A DNA stretch of 64,000 nt. It comes from an uncultured Syntrophaceae bacterium. Lineage in GTDB: Bacteria > Desulfobacterota > Syntrophia > Syntrophales > UBA2210. Below are positions 44,076 through 54,808 of the stretch, in pieces. The stretch is taken from the NCBI GenBank assembly GCA_964540715.1, contig CAZINZ010000003.1, forward strand, positions 6,751-70,750, given 5' to 3'. The position numbers were made by a program, and so were the translations under genes. The notes beneath the pieces were generated by a model, which worked only from the letters and a program-made list of their open reading frames with translations, did not search any database and was not told where the DNA came from. Within the stretch, counting starts at the first letter, position 1; each line of letters starts with the position of its first letter.

Positions 44076-45923
44076 TCAAAAACATGCCGCTGAGATCTTC
44101 ACCTTCTCACTGCGAAAAATAGCACTGATTTTTCCAGAATACTTTGGGAATTCCGTGGCAAGCCAGAACTCCGATGCCATGATCTTGCCGTAATAAAAGG
44201 CCGATTCCCTGTCTTCGGCAAGAACATTGTTCAGTTCATCGCCTGTGGAATTGCCGGCAAGGCTCTTCAGTTTAGGTTTCGTAATCGTCAGGCTCCAGAT
44301 GTGCATCCATGCCAGCACAAGATCAAAAACCGCCTTTCGAATTGGATCCACACTCAGAAGAAGGGTGACGAAATTGCCGGAGTCCATATATTCCTTCATA
44401 CGATCAATCACTCCATCAAGTTGTTCAACACCATCGCTGACAGATTCGAGATATATATCGTCGACAATCCCACGGGCATTGTGAACGGTGTCGAGGATTC
44501 TTTTCTTTAAAAGACCATAGTTGTATTGCCCGGGGTTCATCAGGATTTTCCGCATAACCAGGTCAAGAGACTGGATTCCGTTCGTTCCTTCAACTATGGA
44601 GAGTGACTTGCTATCAACGGCAAACTGCTCCACCGGATACTCGGAGCAATAACCGTAACCACCATGAACCTGTATCGCCTCTGCCGTAATCAACCAGGCC
44701 ATATCTGAATTCCCCGCCTTTATTATGGGAACAATGATGTCCACTATGGCCCTTGCCTCTTTCGCGTCTTCTCCATCGAGCAGATGCTGAAGAGTTATCT
44801 GCTGAGATATATAACTGGACAACATCCTTTCCGCTTCCACATATGATTTCATCCAAAGGAGCATTCTCATTACATCGGGATGCTGGATGATGGGCACTCT
44901 CGGTGCCTTGGCATCAAACATTTGCGTTACATGAGCCCCCTGGATTCTTGTCTTTGCATAATCAACGGCCTGCATATAGGAGGCGCTGGAACCGCCAAGC
45001 GCCATGATACCCACCTCAAGCCGGGTTTCATTCAGCATCTTAAACATATTGTTAAGACCTCTTCCCTGCTCTCCGAGAAGGTACCCTGTGCATTTTTCGC
45101 TGTCTCCGAAAGACATTGAACATGTCGCCGCGCCGTGTGCTCCCATTTTTTCCTCTATACCGGCACAGAACACATCGTTTCGCTCACCGAGGGTTTCATC
45201 GTCGTTTATGAGATATTTGGGGACGAGAAAAAGAGAAACCCCCTTTGGTCCGGGAGGATCTCCTTCCACCCGTGCGAGGACGGGATATATAATCTGCTTC
45301 GTAATATCCTGATCACCATTTGTAATAAAACACTTCTGACCCGTGATGAGATAGGTTCCATCCGGTTGTCTCAGGGCCTTTGATTTCAATGCACCCACAT
45401 CGGAACCCGCCTCCGGTTCCGTCAGACACATGGTTCCACCCCATTCACCGGAGAGTATCCTGGGAACATAGAGCTTTTTCTGCTCCTCATTCCCGAAATT
45501 CTGAATCATGATTGCCGCGCCGTGATTCAGCATGAAAAAGAGCATGAGGGCTCCACCGGCACCGCAAAATATTTCCCAGCAGGACGATTGAATCGCCAGG
45601 GGCATCCCCGCACCCTCAATAGCCGGATCATCGGAGATTGACAAAAATCCCGCCTCCAGCAGGGCACGGGAGGCATCCTTATATCCCGAAGGAAGCCGGA
45701 CCGATTTTGCCTCCCTGTCATAGATACACCCCTCTTTATGCCCCGCCACATTTGCGGGAAAAATCTGTTCCACAGCAACCTTCTCCGCAAGCCTTATCGT
45801 GCCTTCATAGATATCCCTGTCAAAACCTTCATATTGAGGGTATCGACTCAGCTTCTCGATCTCCAAAAATTCAAACAGATTAAACTGGATATCCCTCATA
45901 TCAACCAGATACTTCTGTGCCAT
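44076..45923 (-). CDS. Long-form acyl-CoA dehydrogenase (paralogue 2)
   Basis: 615 aa with the same architecture as 36450-38261 and 51085-52950 (GTMCLTEPEAGSDV, GYGYCSEYPVEQF). Confidence 0.9.
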   Translation of the reverse strand: MAQKYLVDMRDIQFNLFEFLEIEKLSRYPQYEGFDRDIYEGTIRLAEKVAVEQIFPANVAGHKEGCIYDREAKSVRLPSGYKDASRALLEAGFLSISDDPAIEGAGMPLAIQSSCWEIFCGAGGALMLFFMLNHGAAIMIQNFGNEEQKKLYVPRILSGEWGGTMCLTEPEAGSDVGALKSKALRQPDGTYLITGQKCFITNGDQDITKQIIYPVLARVEGDPPGPKGVSLFLVPKYLINDDETLGERNDVFCAGIEEKMGAHGAATCSMSFGDSEKCTGYLLGEQGRGLNNMFKMLNETRLEVGIMALGGSSASYMQAVDYAKTRIQGAHVTQMFDAKAPRVPIIQHPDVMRMLLWMKSYVEAERMLSSYISQQITLQHLLDGEDAKEARAIVDIIVPIIKAGNSDMAWLITAEAIQVHGGYGYCSEYPVEQFAVDSKSLSIVEGTNGIQSLDLVMRKILMNPGQYNYGLLKKRILDTVHNARGIVDDIYLESVSDGVEQLDGVIDRMKEYMDSGNFVTLLLSVDPIRKAVFDLVLAWMHIWSLTITKPKLKSLAGNSTGDELNNVLAEDRESAFYYGKIMASEFWLATEFPKYSGKISAIFRSEKVKISAACF

Positions 45924-46100
45924 CTGTCTCCACCCTTCCCTTAAAACGATTTCGCAAAAAACCCCCCATATTCAGCAAGAAAATGAAGGGTTTGTATAAT
46001 ACAGCTTCCCGTATTGCCCTGTTCCTTACAATGACCGGGAAAATGATCCCGCAGATATCCCACAGTGTGCTTTTTCCCCCGACAATCAGACCTTCGGATC

Positions 46101-46907
46101 TTAGCTCTTACTGAAAGATTGTATGAGCTTAAAAAATTCTCCTGAGAAGACCATTATCGCTTGATTACGGTTTTCGACGTTAACGGCCGCCTCAAGTGAA
46201 GGCGCGTCGATATTCTGGTCGAGGACACGCTTGGTCAGCTTCAGAGCCCCGAAGCTCTTGGCAGTCATCAGACGCGCGTGGGACAGGGCCTCATCAATCA
46301 GTTCCTCCCGCGGGACCACTTTGTTAACAAGTCCGATCTTTTCGGCCTCTTCCGCCCGCACCTTTCTCCCGGTAAGGAGAATCTCGCTGGCCCGTGCGAG
46401 GCCCACGAGGCGGGGCAAATAATAAGAGCATCCCAACTCGCCACCTGAAAGCCCGATATTGATAAAAGAAGCGATAAAACAGGCTTCAGGCGAAGCAAAC
46501 CTGATGTCGCTCGCCAGCGTCATGGCAAAACCTCCCCCTGCAGCCGCTCCGTTAACCGCCGATATTATGGGCTGAGGAATTTTTCTCATACCGAGAATCA
46601 GGCTGGAATATCTCTCCTGAACAATCTTGAGAAACAGTTCCGGATCGGCAAAGGCATCCGTATCTTTATGGGACATCGCATCATTGAGATCTGCGCCAGA
46701 GCAATAGGCCTTTCCCGCCCCCGTTATTATCAGCACCTTGAACGTGCACTCATAATCAGATAGAATCCGGAATAATTCATCAAACTCAGCCAGCATCTCC
46801 ACACTTTGAGCATTTAATTGTTCCGGCCGATTCAACGTCACAAGACCGATGGACGGTTCCACCTCTTCAAAGGTAAATGTGTTAAATTTTTTCATATCGT
46901 TTGTCAT
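46101..46907 (-). CDS. Enoyl-CoA hydratase/isomerase family
   Basis: 268 aa with VTLNRPEQLNA, GAGKAYCSGADL and VNGAAAGGGFAMTLASD. The TAATG overlap with the upstream ligase gene suggests translational coupling. Confidence 0.9.
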   Translation of the reverse strand: MTNDMKKFNTFTFEEVEPSIGLVTLNRPEQLNAQSVEMLAEFDELFRILSDYECTFKVLIITGAGKAYCSGADLNDAMSHKDTDAFADPELFLKIVQERYSSLILGMRKIPQPIISAVNGAAAGGGFAMTLASDIRFASPEACFIASFINIGLSGGELGCSYYLPRLVGLARASEILLTGRKVRAEEAEKIGLVNKVVPREELIDEALSHARLMTAKSFGALKLTKRVLDQNIDAPSLEAAVNVENRNQAIMVFSGEFFKLIQSFSKS

Positions 46908-48583
46908 TACTTCTCTTCCCTCTTCTTTTTATCTGTCTCTCTGAGTTCTCTTCTCAGAATCTTGCCGATGGCGCTTTTGGGAAGTTCATCGATAAACTCT
47001 ATTTCTTTCGGAACTTTGTAGGCCGCCAATTTCTCCCTGCAATAGGAGGTGACCTCTTCCTTCGTCAGGGTTTCTCCCGGTTTCACAATAATGTAGGCCT
47101 TGACGGTTTCTCCCCTGTACTCATCGGGAACGCCTATACAGCACGCCTCCATGATTTTGGGGTGGGAAAAGAGCATGTCGTCTATCTCGTTCGGATAGAT
47201 ATTGAAGCCGCTCGCCACAATCAGGTCTTTCTTTCTGTCTGAAATGGTCAGATAACCGTCCTCGTCAAGATATCCGATGTCTCCTATGTAAAACCAGCCG
47301 TCTCTTATCGTCGCTGCGGTTTCTTCCGGCTTCTTGTAATACCCCTTCATAACCTGTGGCCCTTTTATGCAGATCTCACCGGCCTCTCCGATGGGGAGTT
47401 CCTGCGTTCCCGTTTCAAGGTCAACGATCTTCAGATCCGTGTTCGGGAGCGGAATACCCACCGTTCCCCTCTTAACCGTTCCACCCCACGGCGTCATCGT
47501 CGCAAAGGCGGTATTCTCCGTTGCTCCGAACACATCATAGATAATCGCACCATGCAGTTCCTTCAGCTGATTGAGCGTATCTTCGGGAAGCGGGGCGGCC
47601 CCTCCGAAGTATCCCTTTACAAATGAAAGATCCATCTCTCTGAATCTCTTGTCTCTCAGGAGTCCCGTATAAATCGTAGGAACGCCGGGGAGGAATGTCG
47701 GCTTGAACTTCCGGAGCATCTCGATTATCGCGTTTGGCTCCGGCTTCGGAACGAGAATACATGACCATCCGTTCATTATCGGCATGTTCTGACTTACCGA
47801 ATATCCCGCCGAGTGAAATATGGGATAGATTCCCATCAGGCTTTGTTCCGTATCCTTCAGATCGGGAAACCACGCGGCAAACTGCTGCATTATACCGGAT
47901 ATATTCGCGTGGGTCAGCATGGCCCCCTTACTGACACCCGTCGTGCCCCCCGTATAGATCAGGGCTGCCACATCGTCCCAACGGGCCAGATTCTCCACGG
48001 GAGCATCAGAATATCGCTTGATTAAATCCATAAACTGATAGACGCCCTCTTGAGGCTCTACCTTCCTGTGCATACCCTTTTTAACAAACGGAAATAACTG
48101 TTTTATCGGAAAGGGCAGGTAGTCATTTATGTGGCACGTAATGATAGTCTTAATTTTTGTCTTATCCTTCAGTTTAAGCGCGCGCGGAAGGAGAAGATCG
48201 AGGGTCACCAGAACTGTGGCATCGGAATCATTAAGCTGATGTTCCAGCTCACTTTCCGTATAGAGGGGATTGGTCATAGCTGTCACCCCGCCCACCCTGT
48301 ACGTGGCATGATCGGCGATGATAATCTGTGGTATATTGGGAAGCAGCATGGCGACCTTGTCACCTGGTTTTACGCCAAGATCGAGAAACGCCCTGGTAAA
48401 ACGGTTTACCATCTTTTCCAGTGCACCGAAGGTAATCTTCGTTCCCATGTAGATGAATCCTACGCGATCGGGATATTTCTTTGCCGTCCGGGTAAGCGCT
48501 TCGGCCATGGTAACCTTTTCGATATCGATCTCGGCAGGAACCCCCGGCGCATACGACTTGTGCCATAATTTTTCTACAGACAT
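46907..48583 (-). CDS. Long-chain-fatty-acid--CoA ligase (AMP-binding superfamily)
   Basis: 558 aa with the AMP motif IYTGGTTGVSKGAMLTH, then GYLDEDGYLTISDRKKD, and GKILRR at the C-terminus. Confidence 0.9.
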   Translation of the reverse strand: MSVEKLWHKSYAPGVPAEIDIEKVTMAEALTRTAKKYPDRVGFIYMGTKITFGALEKMVNRFTRAFLDLGVKPGDKVAMLLPNIPQIIIADHATYRVGGVTAMTNPLYTESELEHQLNDSDATVLVTLDLLLPRALKLKDKTKIKTIITCHINDYLPFPIKQLFPFVKKGMHRKVEPQEGVYQFMDLIKRYSDAPVENLARWDDVAALIYTGGTTGVSKGAMLTHANISGIMQQFAAWFPDLKDTEQSLMGIYPIFHSAGYSVSQNMPIMNGWSCILVPKPEPNAIIEMLRKFKPTFLPGVPTIYTGLLRDKRFREMDLSFVKGYFGGAAPLPEDTLNQLKELHGAIIYDVFGATENTAFATMTPWGGTVKRGTVGIPLPNTDLKIVDLETGTQELPIGEAGEICIKGPQVMKGYYKKPEETAATIRDGWFYIGDIGYLDEDGYLTISDRKKDLIVASGFNIYPNEIDDMLFSHPKIMEACCIGVPDEYRGETVKAYIIVKPGETLTKEEVTSYCREKLAAYKVPKEIEFIDELPKSAIGKILRRELRETDKKKREEK

Positions 48584-48617
48584 GTTCTCTCATTCCTTTC
48601 TTTGAAGTAATGGCAAC

Positions 48618-50159
48618 CTAATTCTTTGAATATTTCTCTACCAATACGAACTTCGTCACTTTACCCGTCGGTGTCATGGGGAGACTGTCGACAAAGAAGA
48701 CCTTTTTAGGTGCCTTAAAGCGCGCAATATTGTCACGGCTGTAGGCAATAATCTCCTCTTCGGTTAACTCACTCCCGAATGACTTCACGATCACGGCGGC
48801 AACCATCTCTCCCCATGTCTCGTCGGGCAAGCCGATAACGGCACACTGACCGACCGCCGCATGGGACATGAGCATTTCCTCCACGTCAACGGCAAACACA
48901 TTCTGACCGCCACTGATAATCATGTCTTTCACCCGGCCCGAAAGATAGAGGAAACCCTCCTCATCAAACCTTCCCAGGTCCCCCGTGTGGAACCATCCGT
49001 CTTTGAAGGCCTCTTTTGTCTGCTCTTCGTTCTTGTAATACGCTGTCGTCGTGGACACACCGCGGCCGATCACCTCACCCACTTCACCGGCGGGAACGTC
49101 CTTCCCCGAAGCATCGACAATACGAACATCGGACCCGAAATAGAGCGTGCCGACTGATTCGGGCTTTCGTTTTTTGTCTTCGGGTCCCATATTGACAAGG
49201 ACTCCCGTTTCCTGAAGCCCGTAAAATTCATAAATATTGGGACAGAGACGTTCCTTGACCTGGTCCTGAAGAGTTGTGGGAAAGGGTGATGCTGCAAAGA
49301 CAAGGGCCCTGAGTGAGGTCAGGTCATACTTTTCTAGATCGGGGATGGCGAGAATAAAACTGGCCATGGTGGGCACCCAGTTGGATATGGTTATCCTTTC
49401 CTGCTCGATCACTTCCAGTATCTTGACAAGATCGAACTGGAGAATCACATTTCGCGCCCCCGCAAAGAGGCCGATCCCGGCCCAGGCAAACCCCACCCTT
49501 CCGAACATGGGGAAAACGGTAAGGATTGTATCGTCGGATGTCACATCGTGCATGGAGGCCATCACCGGCCCGGCCACGGCATTGTTGTAATGCGTGAGGA
49601 GATAGGCCTTGGGAAGCCCCGTGGTGCCGGAGGTAAGATTGAGATACTGATTATCCTCTTCGGATACCTCCACATCCGGTTCATCCTGCGAAGAACGGGA
49701 CATGAGATCCTCATAGGAAAGGGCGAAATCGGGAACCTCGTCACCCATGCAGATAAACCGCTTGATCCGGGGCATCTTCTCCTTCATTTCCCGGACAATA
49801 TCAGAAAACGACGGGTCGAAGATAAAGGTTTCGGCCTCGCCAAAATTGATCAGCTCGACGATTTCACCCGCCGAGAGACGATAGTTCAAGGGAATACCCA
49901 TGACACCGATCTTGGCCAGCGCAAAATAGGTCTCGGCTATCTCCACACGGTTGTATGTCATAAAGGCGGCGACATCTCCCTTTTTGACTCCGAGTGAGAG
50001 GAGGCCGTTGCCGAGGGCATTACACCGCAGATTAAATTCCCGATAGGTAAGATGTTTACCGGTGGTAACACAGTAGAATGCCTCCCGGTCGCCATACCGT
50101 GCCGCTGCAACCTTTGCATAATTTCCCATCACAAAGCTTCCCGTTGCTCGCTCTTTCAT
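48618..50159 (-). CDS. Acyl-CoA synthetase (AMP-binding superfamily)
   Basis: 513 aa with LTSGTTGLPKAYLLTH, GDLGRFDEEGFLYLSGRVKD and GKVTK. Confidence 0.9.
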   Translation of the reverse strand: MKERATGSFVMGNYAKVAAARYGDREAFYCVTTGKHLTYREFNLRCNALGNGLLSLGVKKGDVAAFMTYNRVEIAETYFALAKIGVMGIPLNYRLSAGEIVELINFGEAETFIFDPSFSDIVREMKEKMPRIKRFICMGDEVPDFALSYEDLMSRSSQDEPDVEVSEEDNQYLNLTSGTTGLPKAYLLTHYNNAVAGPVMASMHDVTSDDTILTVFPMFGRVGFAWAGIGLFAGARNVILQFDLVKILEVIEQERITISNWVPTMASFILAIPDLEKYDLTSLRALVFAASPFPTTLQDQVKERLCPNIYEFYGLQETGVLVNMGPEDKKRKPESVGTLYFGSDVRIVDASGKDVPAGEVGEVIGRGVSTTTAYYKNEEQTKEAFKDGWFHTGDLGRFDEEGFLYLSGRVKDMIISGGQNVFAVDVEEMLMSHAAVGQCAVIGLPDETWGEMVAAVIVKSFGSELTEEEIIAYSRDNIARFKAPKKVFFVDSLPMTPTGKVTKFVLVEKYSKN

Positions 50160-50256
50160 TGTTCCCTCCTTATTATTTCAACCTCTCGTCTCACTGAACA
50201 GGGCTCTACCCCCCTCGTTTGCAGCCGATGCCCATAGTCGCCAACTCCGGATAGGG

Positions 50257-51063
50257 CTAATTTCCTTTGAATATCGGCTCCCTTTTTTCCCACATTGCCG
50301 TCACCGCTTCCATCATATCTTCATTCGGTACGGCAGCAGCATTTTTCTGGGAAATATAGTCAAGTCCCGCATACACTCCGTTATCGCGACTGTAATTGAT
50401 AACTTCCTTCACACCCTGAACGGCCAACGGCGGCAGCTTGGCAAGTTCTTCAGCCAGTTTCTTGACCCCGGCATAGAGACTTTCCTGATCATCAAAGAGT
50501 TTCGTGATAAATCCCATATTCAGGGCTTCTTCACCCCCAAAGTCACGACCTGTAAGGGCAAGTTCCCTGAACAAGCCATGACCGGTAATGTGGGGCATGC
50601 GCTGCAGAGTACCAATATCGGCGATGATACCGATTCTCGTCTCACGGATCGAGAAGATCGCATCGCTCGAGGCATAGCGAATGTCGCAGGCACTCGTCAG
50701 ATCGATTCCGCCGCCGATACAATGGCCGTGAACCGCGGCGATTACCGGTTTCAGACACTTTTCAACAGCAGTCATGCTTTTCTGAAGCAAAGATATCCTT
50801 CTTCTCAGGGATTCACGCCAGGCGGCCGAGCCGTCGCCCATGAGTTCCTGTGCCTCCACAAGATCGAGTCCTGCCGTAAAGCTCTTCCCCTCGGCCTTTA
50901 TAACGATAACCCGCACCTCGGGATCTTCATCGAATTCCCCCATGATCTTCTGCAATTCATCGAAAAACTCGAAGGTCATCGTATTTCGCTCTTTCGGCCG
51001 ATTAAAGGTCAGCCACGCAATGTACCCCTCTTTTTCTATCTTGAACACATCCTCTCGACTCAT
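50257..51063 (-). CDS. Enoyl-CoA hydratase/isomerase family (dienoyl-CoA isomerase-like)
   Basis: 268 aa with WLTFNRPKERNTM, GKSFTAGLDL and VHGHCIGGGIDLTSACD. Confidence 0.85.
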   Translation of the reverse strand: MSREDVFKIEKEGYIAWLTFNRPKERNTMTFEFFDELQKIMGEFDEDPEVRVIVIKAEGKSFTAGLDLVEAQELMGDGSAAWRESLRRRISLLQKSMTAVEKCLKPVIAAVHGHCIGGGIDLTSACDIRYASSDAIFSIRETRIGIIADIGTLQRMPHITGHGLFRELALTGRDFGGEEALNMGFITKLFDDQESLYAGVKKLAEELAKLPPLAVQGVKEVINYSRDNGVYAGLDYISQKNAAAVPNEDMMEAVTAMWEKREPIFKGN

Positions 51064-51084
51064 AGTACACCTCTCTCCTTTCGT

Positions 51085-52950
51085 TTACGACGCGAAACTT
51101 TCGTCGACAATTTCCATAATGGACAGATCTTCGCTCTTGATCGCCTTCGCCGCGGCCTCCGCCGCGGGGAGTACGTTCTTAATAAGATATCGGGCACTCA
51201 ATACCTTACCCTCATAAAACGCGGCATCACTATTGTCGCGAATAAAGGCAACCCAGGCCTCTCTGTCTGACGAATCGACACCTTTTCCCTTCGCCAGTCC
51301 ATCGAGTTTTTCTTTCGCAATGCCAGCCTGCCACAACATCAACCAGGCCGATACAATCTTTCCCATCATCATCAGAAATGGATAGGCGTGGCCCACGGGA
51401 ACCATAAACTTGCCCGCCTTACCGCAATTCGCAAAAAACATTCCCATCTCTCCCAGCAGGTTCACACCAGCCTGGACATCCTCGGCCAGGTCGGAAAGGC
51501 CGGGGACATCTTTGTACTTCGCCACGGTACCGCCCATCTCCATCAGGAGATTCATAAAATAGGCGCCCTTCTTCATACCCAGCTTGCGACCAACCAGATC
51601 GAGGGCCTGAATACCGTTGGCGCCCTCATAAATGGAGGCAATCTTCTCGTCGCGCATGAACTGCTCCACGGGGTACTCTGAACAGTATCCGTACCCTCCG
51701 TACACCTGAATGGCCTGCTCAGTCACCTTGAATCCCACATCGGAGCAGTATGCCTTGACAATGGGCGTGAGTATCTCCAGAAATCCATGCCATTTTTCCT
51801 TCTCGGCTTCGTCCCCGGCAATCACTTCCCTGTCCACCGCGTAGGCGGCGAAGGAGAGCATCGCACGCATGCTGTCCACATTTGCCTTCATCCAGAGGAG
51901 CATACGTCGCACGTCAGGATGCTTGATGATGGGAACTTTGGGTGCATTCGGATCCCTGAGATTTTCGAGGGATGATCCCTGGATTCTTTCCTTCGCGTAC
52001 TGGAGCGCGTGAAGGTATGCGATGGAAGCACTTCCGACTCCCTGCATTCCCGTACCGATTCTCGCCTCGTTCATCATCTGGAACATGACTTTTATGCCCT
52101 TACGTTCCTCGCCGAGGAGTTCAGCGTAACACTCGTCATTGTCTCCAAAATTCATTGTGCCCGTGGGGGCTCCATGAAAGCCCATCTTTTCCTCTATCTT
52201 GGCAACATCGTAGTCGTTGCGTCTCCCAAGTGTGCCATCGTCGTTCACAATATATTTAGGCACGAGGAATATGGAAATCCCCTTCGTTCCGGCAGGATCA
52301 CCCTCGATACGCGCAAGGACTGGATGAATGATGTTTTCCGTCAGATCCTGATCCAGACCGGTGATAAATGACTTCGTCCCCTTAATCTTGAAGGTCCCGT
52401 CCGGTTGCCTGATGGCTTTGGTGCTTATGTTACTCAGGTCGGAACCCGCATTCGGCTCTGTAAGACACATGGTACCGTTCCATTCTCCGGAAACCATTTT
52501 TGACAGATATTTGGCCTTAACTTCTTCCGATCCATATACCTCGATAAGGTGTGCCGCCCCCTGGCCGAGGAATCCGAGGACAAGAAAACCCAGGTTATGG
52601 ATAAACCATTCATTCGCCGACGTTGACATCACGTAGGGAAGTCCCTGTCCCCCGACTTCAGGAGACTTACTCATGGCGCCCCAACCACCCTCGCAAAAAA
52701 GCCTGTAGAGGCGATGGAAGGATTTGGGTACAAATATTTCACCATTTTCGAGCCTGCAGCCTTCCTTGTCAGACTCGACAAGTGTTGGAAACATTTCCTC
52801 GGTGGCAAATTTCTCCGCCTCATTCAAAATCATATCGAAGACATCTCTGGAAAAATCCGCATAGCGAGAATTCTCGCACAGATTCTCGATTTCCAGCATT
52901 TCATAGAGTACAAACCTCTGGTCCCTCGCGTCAATAATGAGATTCGCCAT
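51085..52950 (-). CDS. Long-form acyl-CoA dehydrogenase (paralogue 3)
   Basis: 621 aa with GTMCLTEPNAGSDL, GISIFLVPKY and GYGYCSEYPVEQFMRD. Confidence 0.9.
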   Translation of the reverse strand: MANLIIDARDQRFVLYEMLEIENLCENSRYADFSRDVFDMILNEAEKFATEEMFPTLVESDKEGCRLENGEIFVPKSFHRLYRLFCEGGWGAMSKSPEVGGQGLPYVMSTSANEWFIHNLGFLVLGFLGQGAAHLIEVYGSEEVKAKYLSKMVSGEWNGTMCLTEPNAGSDLSNISTKAIRQPDGTFKIKGTKSFITGLDQDLTENIIHPVLARIEGDPAGTKGISIFLVPKYIVNDDGTLGRRNDYDVAKIEEKMGFHGAPTGTMNFGDNDECYAELLGEERKGIKVMFQMMNEARIGTGMQGVGSASIAYLHALQYAKERIQGSSLENLRDPNAPKVPIIKHPDVRRMLLWMKANVDSMRAMLSFAAYAVDREVIAGDEAEKEKWHGFLEILTPIVKAYCSDVGFKVTEQAIQVYGGYGYCSEYPVEQFMRDEKIASIYEGANGIQALDLVGRKLGMKKGAYFMNLLMEMGGTVAKYKDVPGLSDLAEDVQAGVNLLGEMGMFFANCGKAGKFMVPVGHAYPFLMMMGKIVSAWLMLWQAGIAKEKLDGLAKGKGVDSSDREAWVAFIRDNSDAAFYEGKVLSARYLIKNVLPAAEAAAKAIKSEDLSIMEIVDESFAS

Positions 52951-53082
52951 ATTAACTCTCCTCCAAATCAGTTATCTGTTCTCGATATATCCGCCATGCC
53001 ATTCACATGGCCAGAAACAATAGAACATATTGCCTCTCACATTTCTCAAGACAACAAGTCTGACTTCAAAGGGAATTCGGGG

Positions 53083-54762
53083 TCACTTCTTTGGTGATCC
53101 TTCCGATTCCAGTTTCTGTACTATATCGGCCCTGAGGTCCTTTTTAAGCGCTTTGCCCACGGGATTTCTGGGAATTGCGTCCACCACTTCCAGACGCTCG
53201 GGAAGTTTATAAACCGCAACGCCCTTTTCTCTCATAAACGATATCAGATCTTCAAGGGCAAGTGTCTCTCCCTCTTTGGGAACGGCATAGACGCACAGTT
53301 TCTCTCCCATGGCTTCGTCCGGCATTGAAACAGCCGCTATATCGGCCACTTTCGGATGTTCCAGCAGCATGTTTTCCACTTCTTGAGCGCTAATATTGAA
53401 TCCGCCTCTGATGACGATATCCTTGGTCCTGTCGAAGAATCCTACACAGTCCCCTTCCTTTATCTGGAAAAGATCACCGGTATTGAAAAATCCCTCGCTG
53501 TCGAAGGCCTTTTCAGTAATCTCGGGGCGTTTGAAGTAGCAGGGAATTACATTTGGTCCGCGATACCACAACTCGCCCACACTGCCGACTTCGGTCAATT
53601 CTTCTCCCGTTGCGGGGTCTATTATCTTGGATCGAACAAAATCTGTCACTGAAGCATTCCATTTTGTGCCCTGCTTGCCATACTGGGGGAATTTATCCAC
53701 CCTTTTTTCCATATCTGGAATATCAAAACGTCCCGATACAAAACCGGTGCCCTCGTTCTGTCCCCAGATGTTCCCGAACTCTATGCCCCAACGCCTTTTC
53801 AGCTCCTGCACCGACCAGAGTGACGGGGGGGCCGCGCCGAGAGTGATCGCCCTCATCTTGGACAGATCAAATTCGTCAACCTTGGGGTGTTTCAAAAGGG
53901 CATTGATAACGGCAGGTACAAGAAGCGTATAGTTTATTTCCTCCATCATCAACTGCAGGACAAAGCCGGGGCCGTCAAAAGGATGGTGCAGTACAAGTTT
54001 TCCACCGACGATCAGCCAGGGGAAATAGACCGACCCGAGCGAGGCCATATTGACCAGCGGACCGGCAGTAATAAGATTATCATTCGCCTCAATACCCGCC
54101 GAATCAACCTGGGCCATTGACTGATTATACCAATTGTTGTGACTCAGCGGACACCCTTTCGGCTGGGCCTCTGTACCCGATGACCAGCAAAGCGTAAGGA
54201 TGTCATTGGCATCGATGACTATATCATCCAGTTTGCCTGTAATATCTCCTTTGCTCATCTCTCTGAGCTCTTCCAGGGTAATTATATGCTGTATGGAAGG
54301 ATTCTTAGACCGGACTTTTTCGGCCATCTCTTTGTGCTTGAAACCGTGAAAATCTTCTACCGTGATAAAGGCCTTTGCCTCCGTCATTCCCGCAATATAG
54401 TCGACCTCCGATAAGCGCCACTGCATCGGCATCGGCGATATCAATCCCCCCGCCCTTGTAATGGCAAGGTACAGCATGGCAAGCTCCCAGCAGTTGGGGA
54501 GCTGAACCATTATGATATCATCTTTTTGAATTCCCCTGGCGATGAGACTCTCGGCCGTGGCATCCACGGCCTTGTCGAGCTGCAGGTATGTGAGCCTTTC
54601 AGGTTCCAGGCCCACCAGGTCTTTTTTGTTGAGGGGATCCACGAGACATTCTTTGTCGGAATCCTTTTTGACATTTTCCTTGAAAAAATCGATAAGAGTT
54701 TTCTTTCCCCATGCCCCCTTTTCGGTCCATTCCCGAATCATCTCCTGCGATGCTAAGATCAT
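53083..54762 (-). CDS. Acyl-CoA synthetase (AMP-binding superfamily)
   Basis: 559 aa with WSSGTEAQPKGCPLSH, GDLFQIKEGDCVGFFDRTKD and GKALKK. Confidence 0.88.
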   Translation of the reverse strand: MILASQEMIREWTEKGAWGKKTLIDFFKENVKKDSDKECLVDPLNKKDLVGLEPERLTYLQLDKAVDATAESLIARGIQKDDIIMVQLPNCWELAMLYLAITRAGGLISPMPMQWRLSEVDYIAGMTEAKAFITVEDFHGFKHKEMAEKVRSKNPSIQHIITLEELREMSKGDITGKLDDIVIDANDILTLCWSSGTEAQPKGCPLSHNNWYNQSMAQVDSAGIEANDNLITAGPLVNMASLGSVYFPWLIVGGKLVLHHPFDGPGFVLQLMMEEINYTLLVPAVINALLKHPKVDEFDLSKMRAITLGAAPPSLWSVQELKRRWGIEFGNIWGQNEGTGFVSGRFDIPDMEKRVDKFPQYGKQGTKWNASVTDFVRSKIIDPATGEELTEVGSVGELWYRGPNVIPCYFKRPEITEKAFDSEGFFNTGDLFQIKEGDCVGFFDRTKDIVIRGGFNISAQEVENMLLEHPKVADIAAVSMPDEAMGEKLCVYAVPKEGETLALEDLISFMREKGVAVYKLPERLEVVDAIPRNPVGKALKKDLRADIVQKLESEGSPKK

Positions 54763-54808
54763 ATCATTTCCCCCTTATTTCGCCAATATTCTCGGCTGTC
54801 TAATTTAC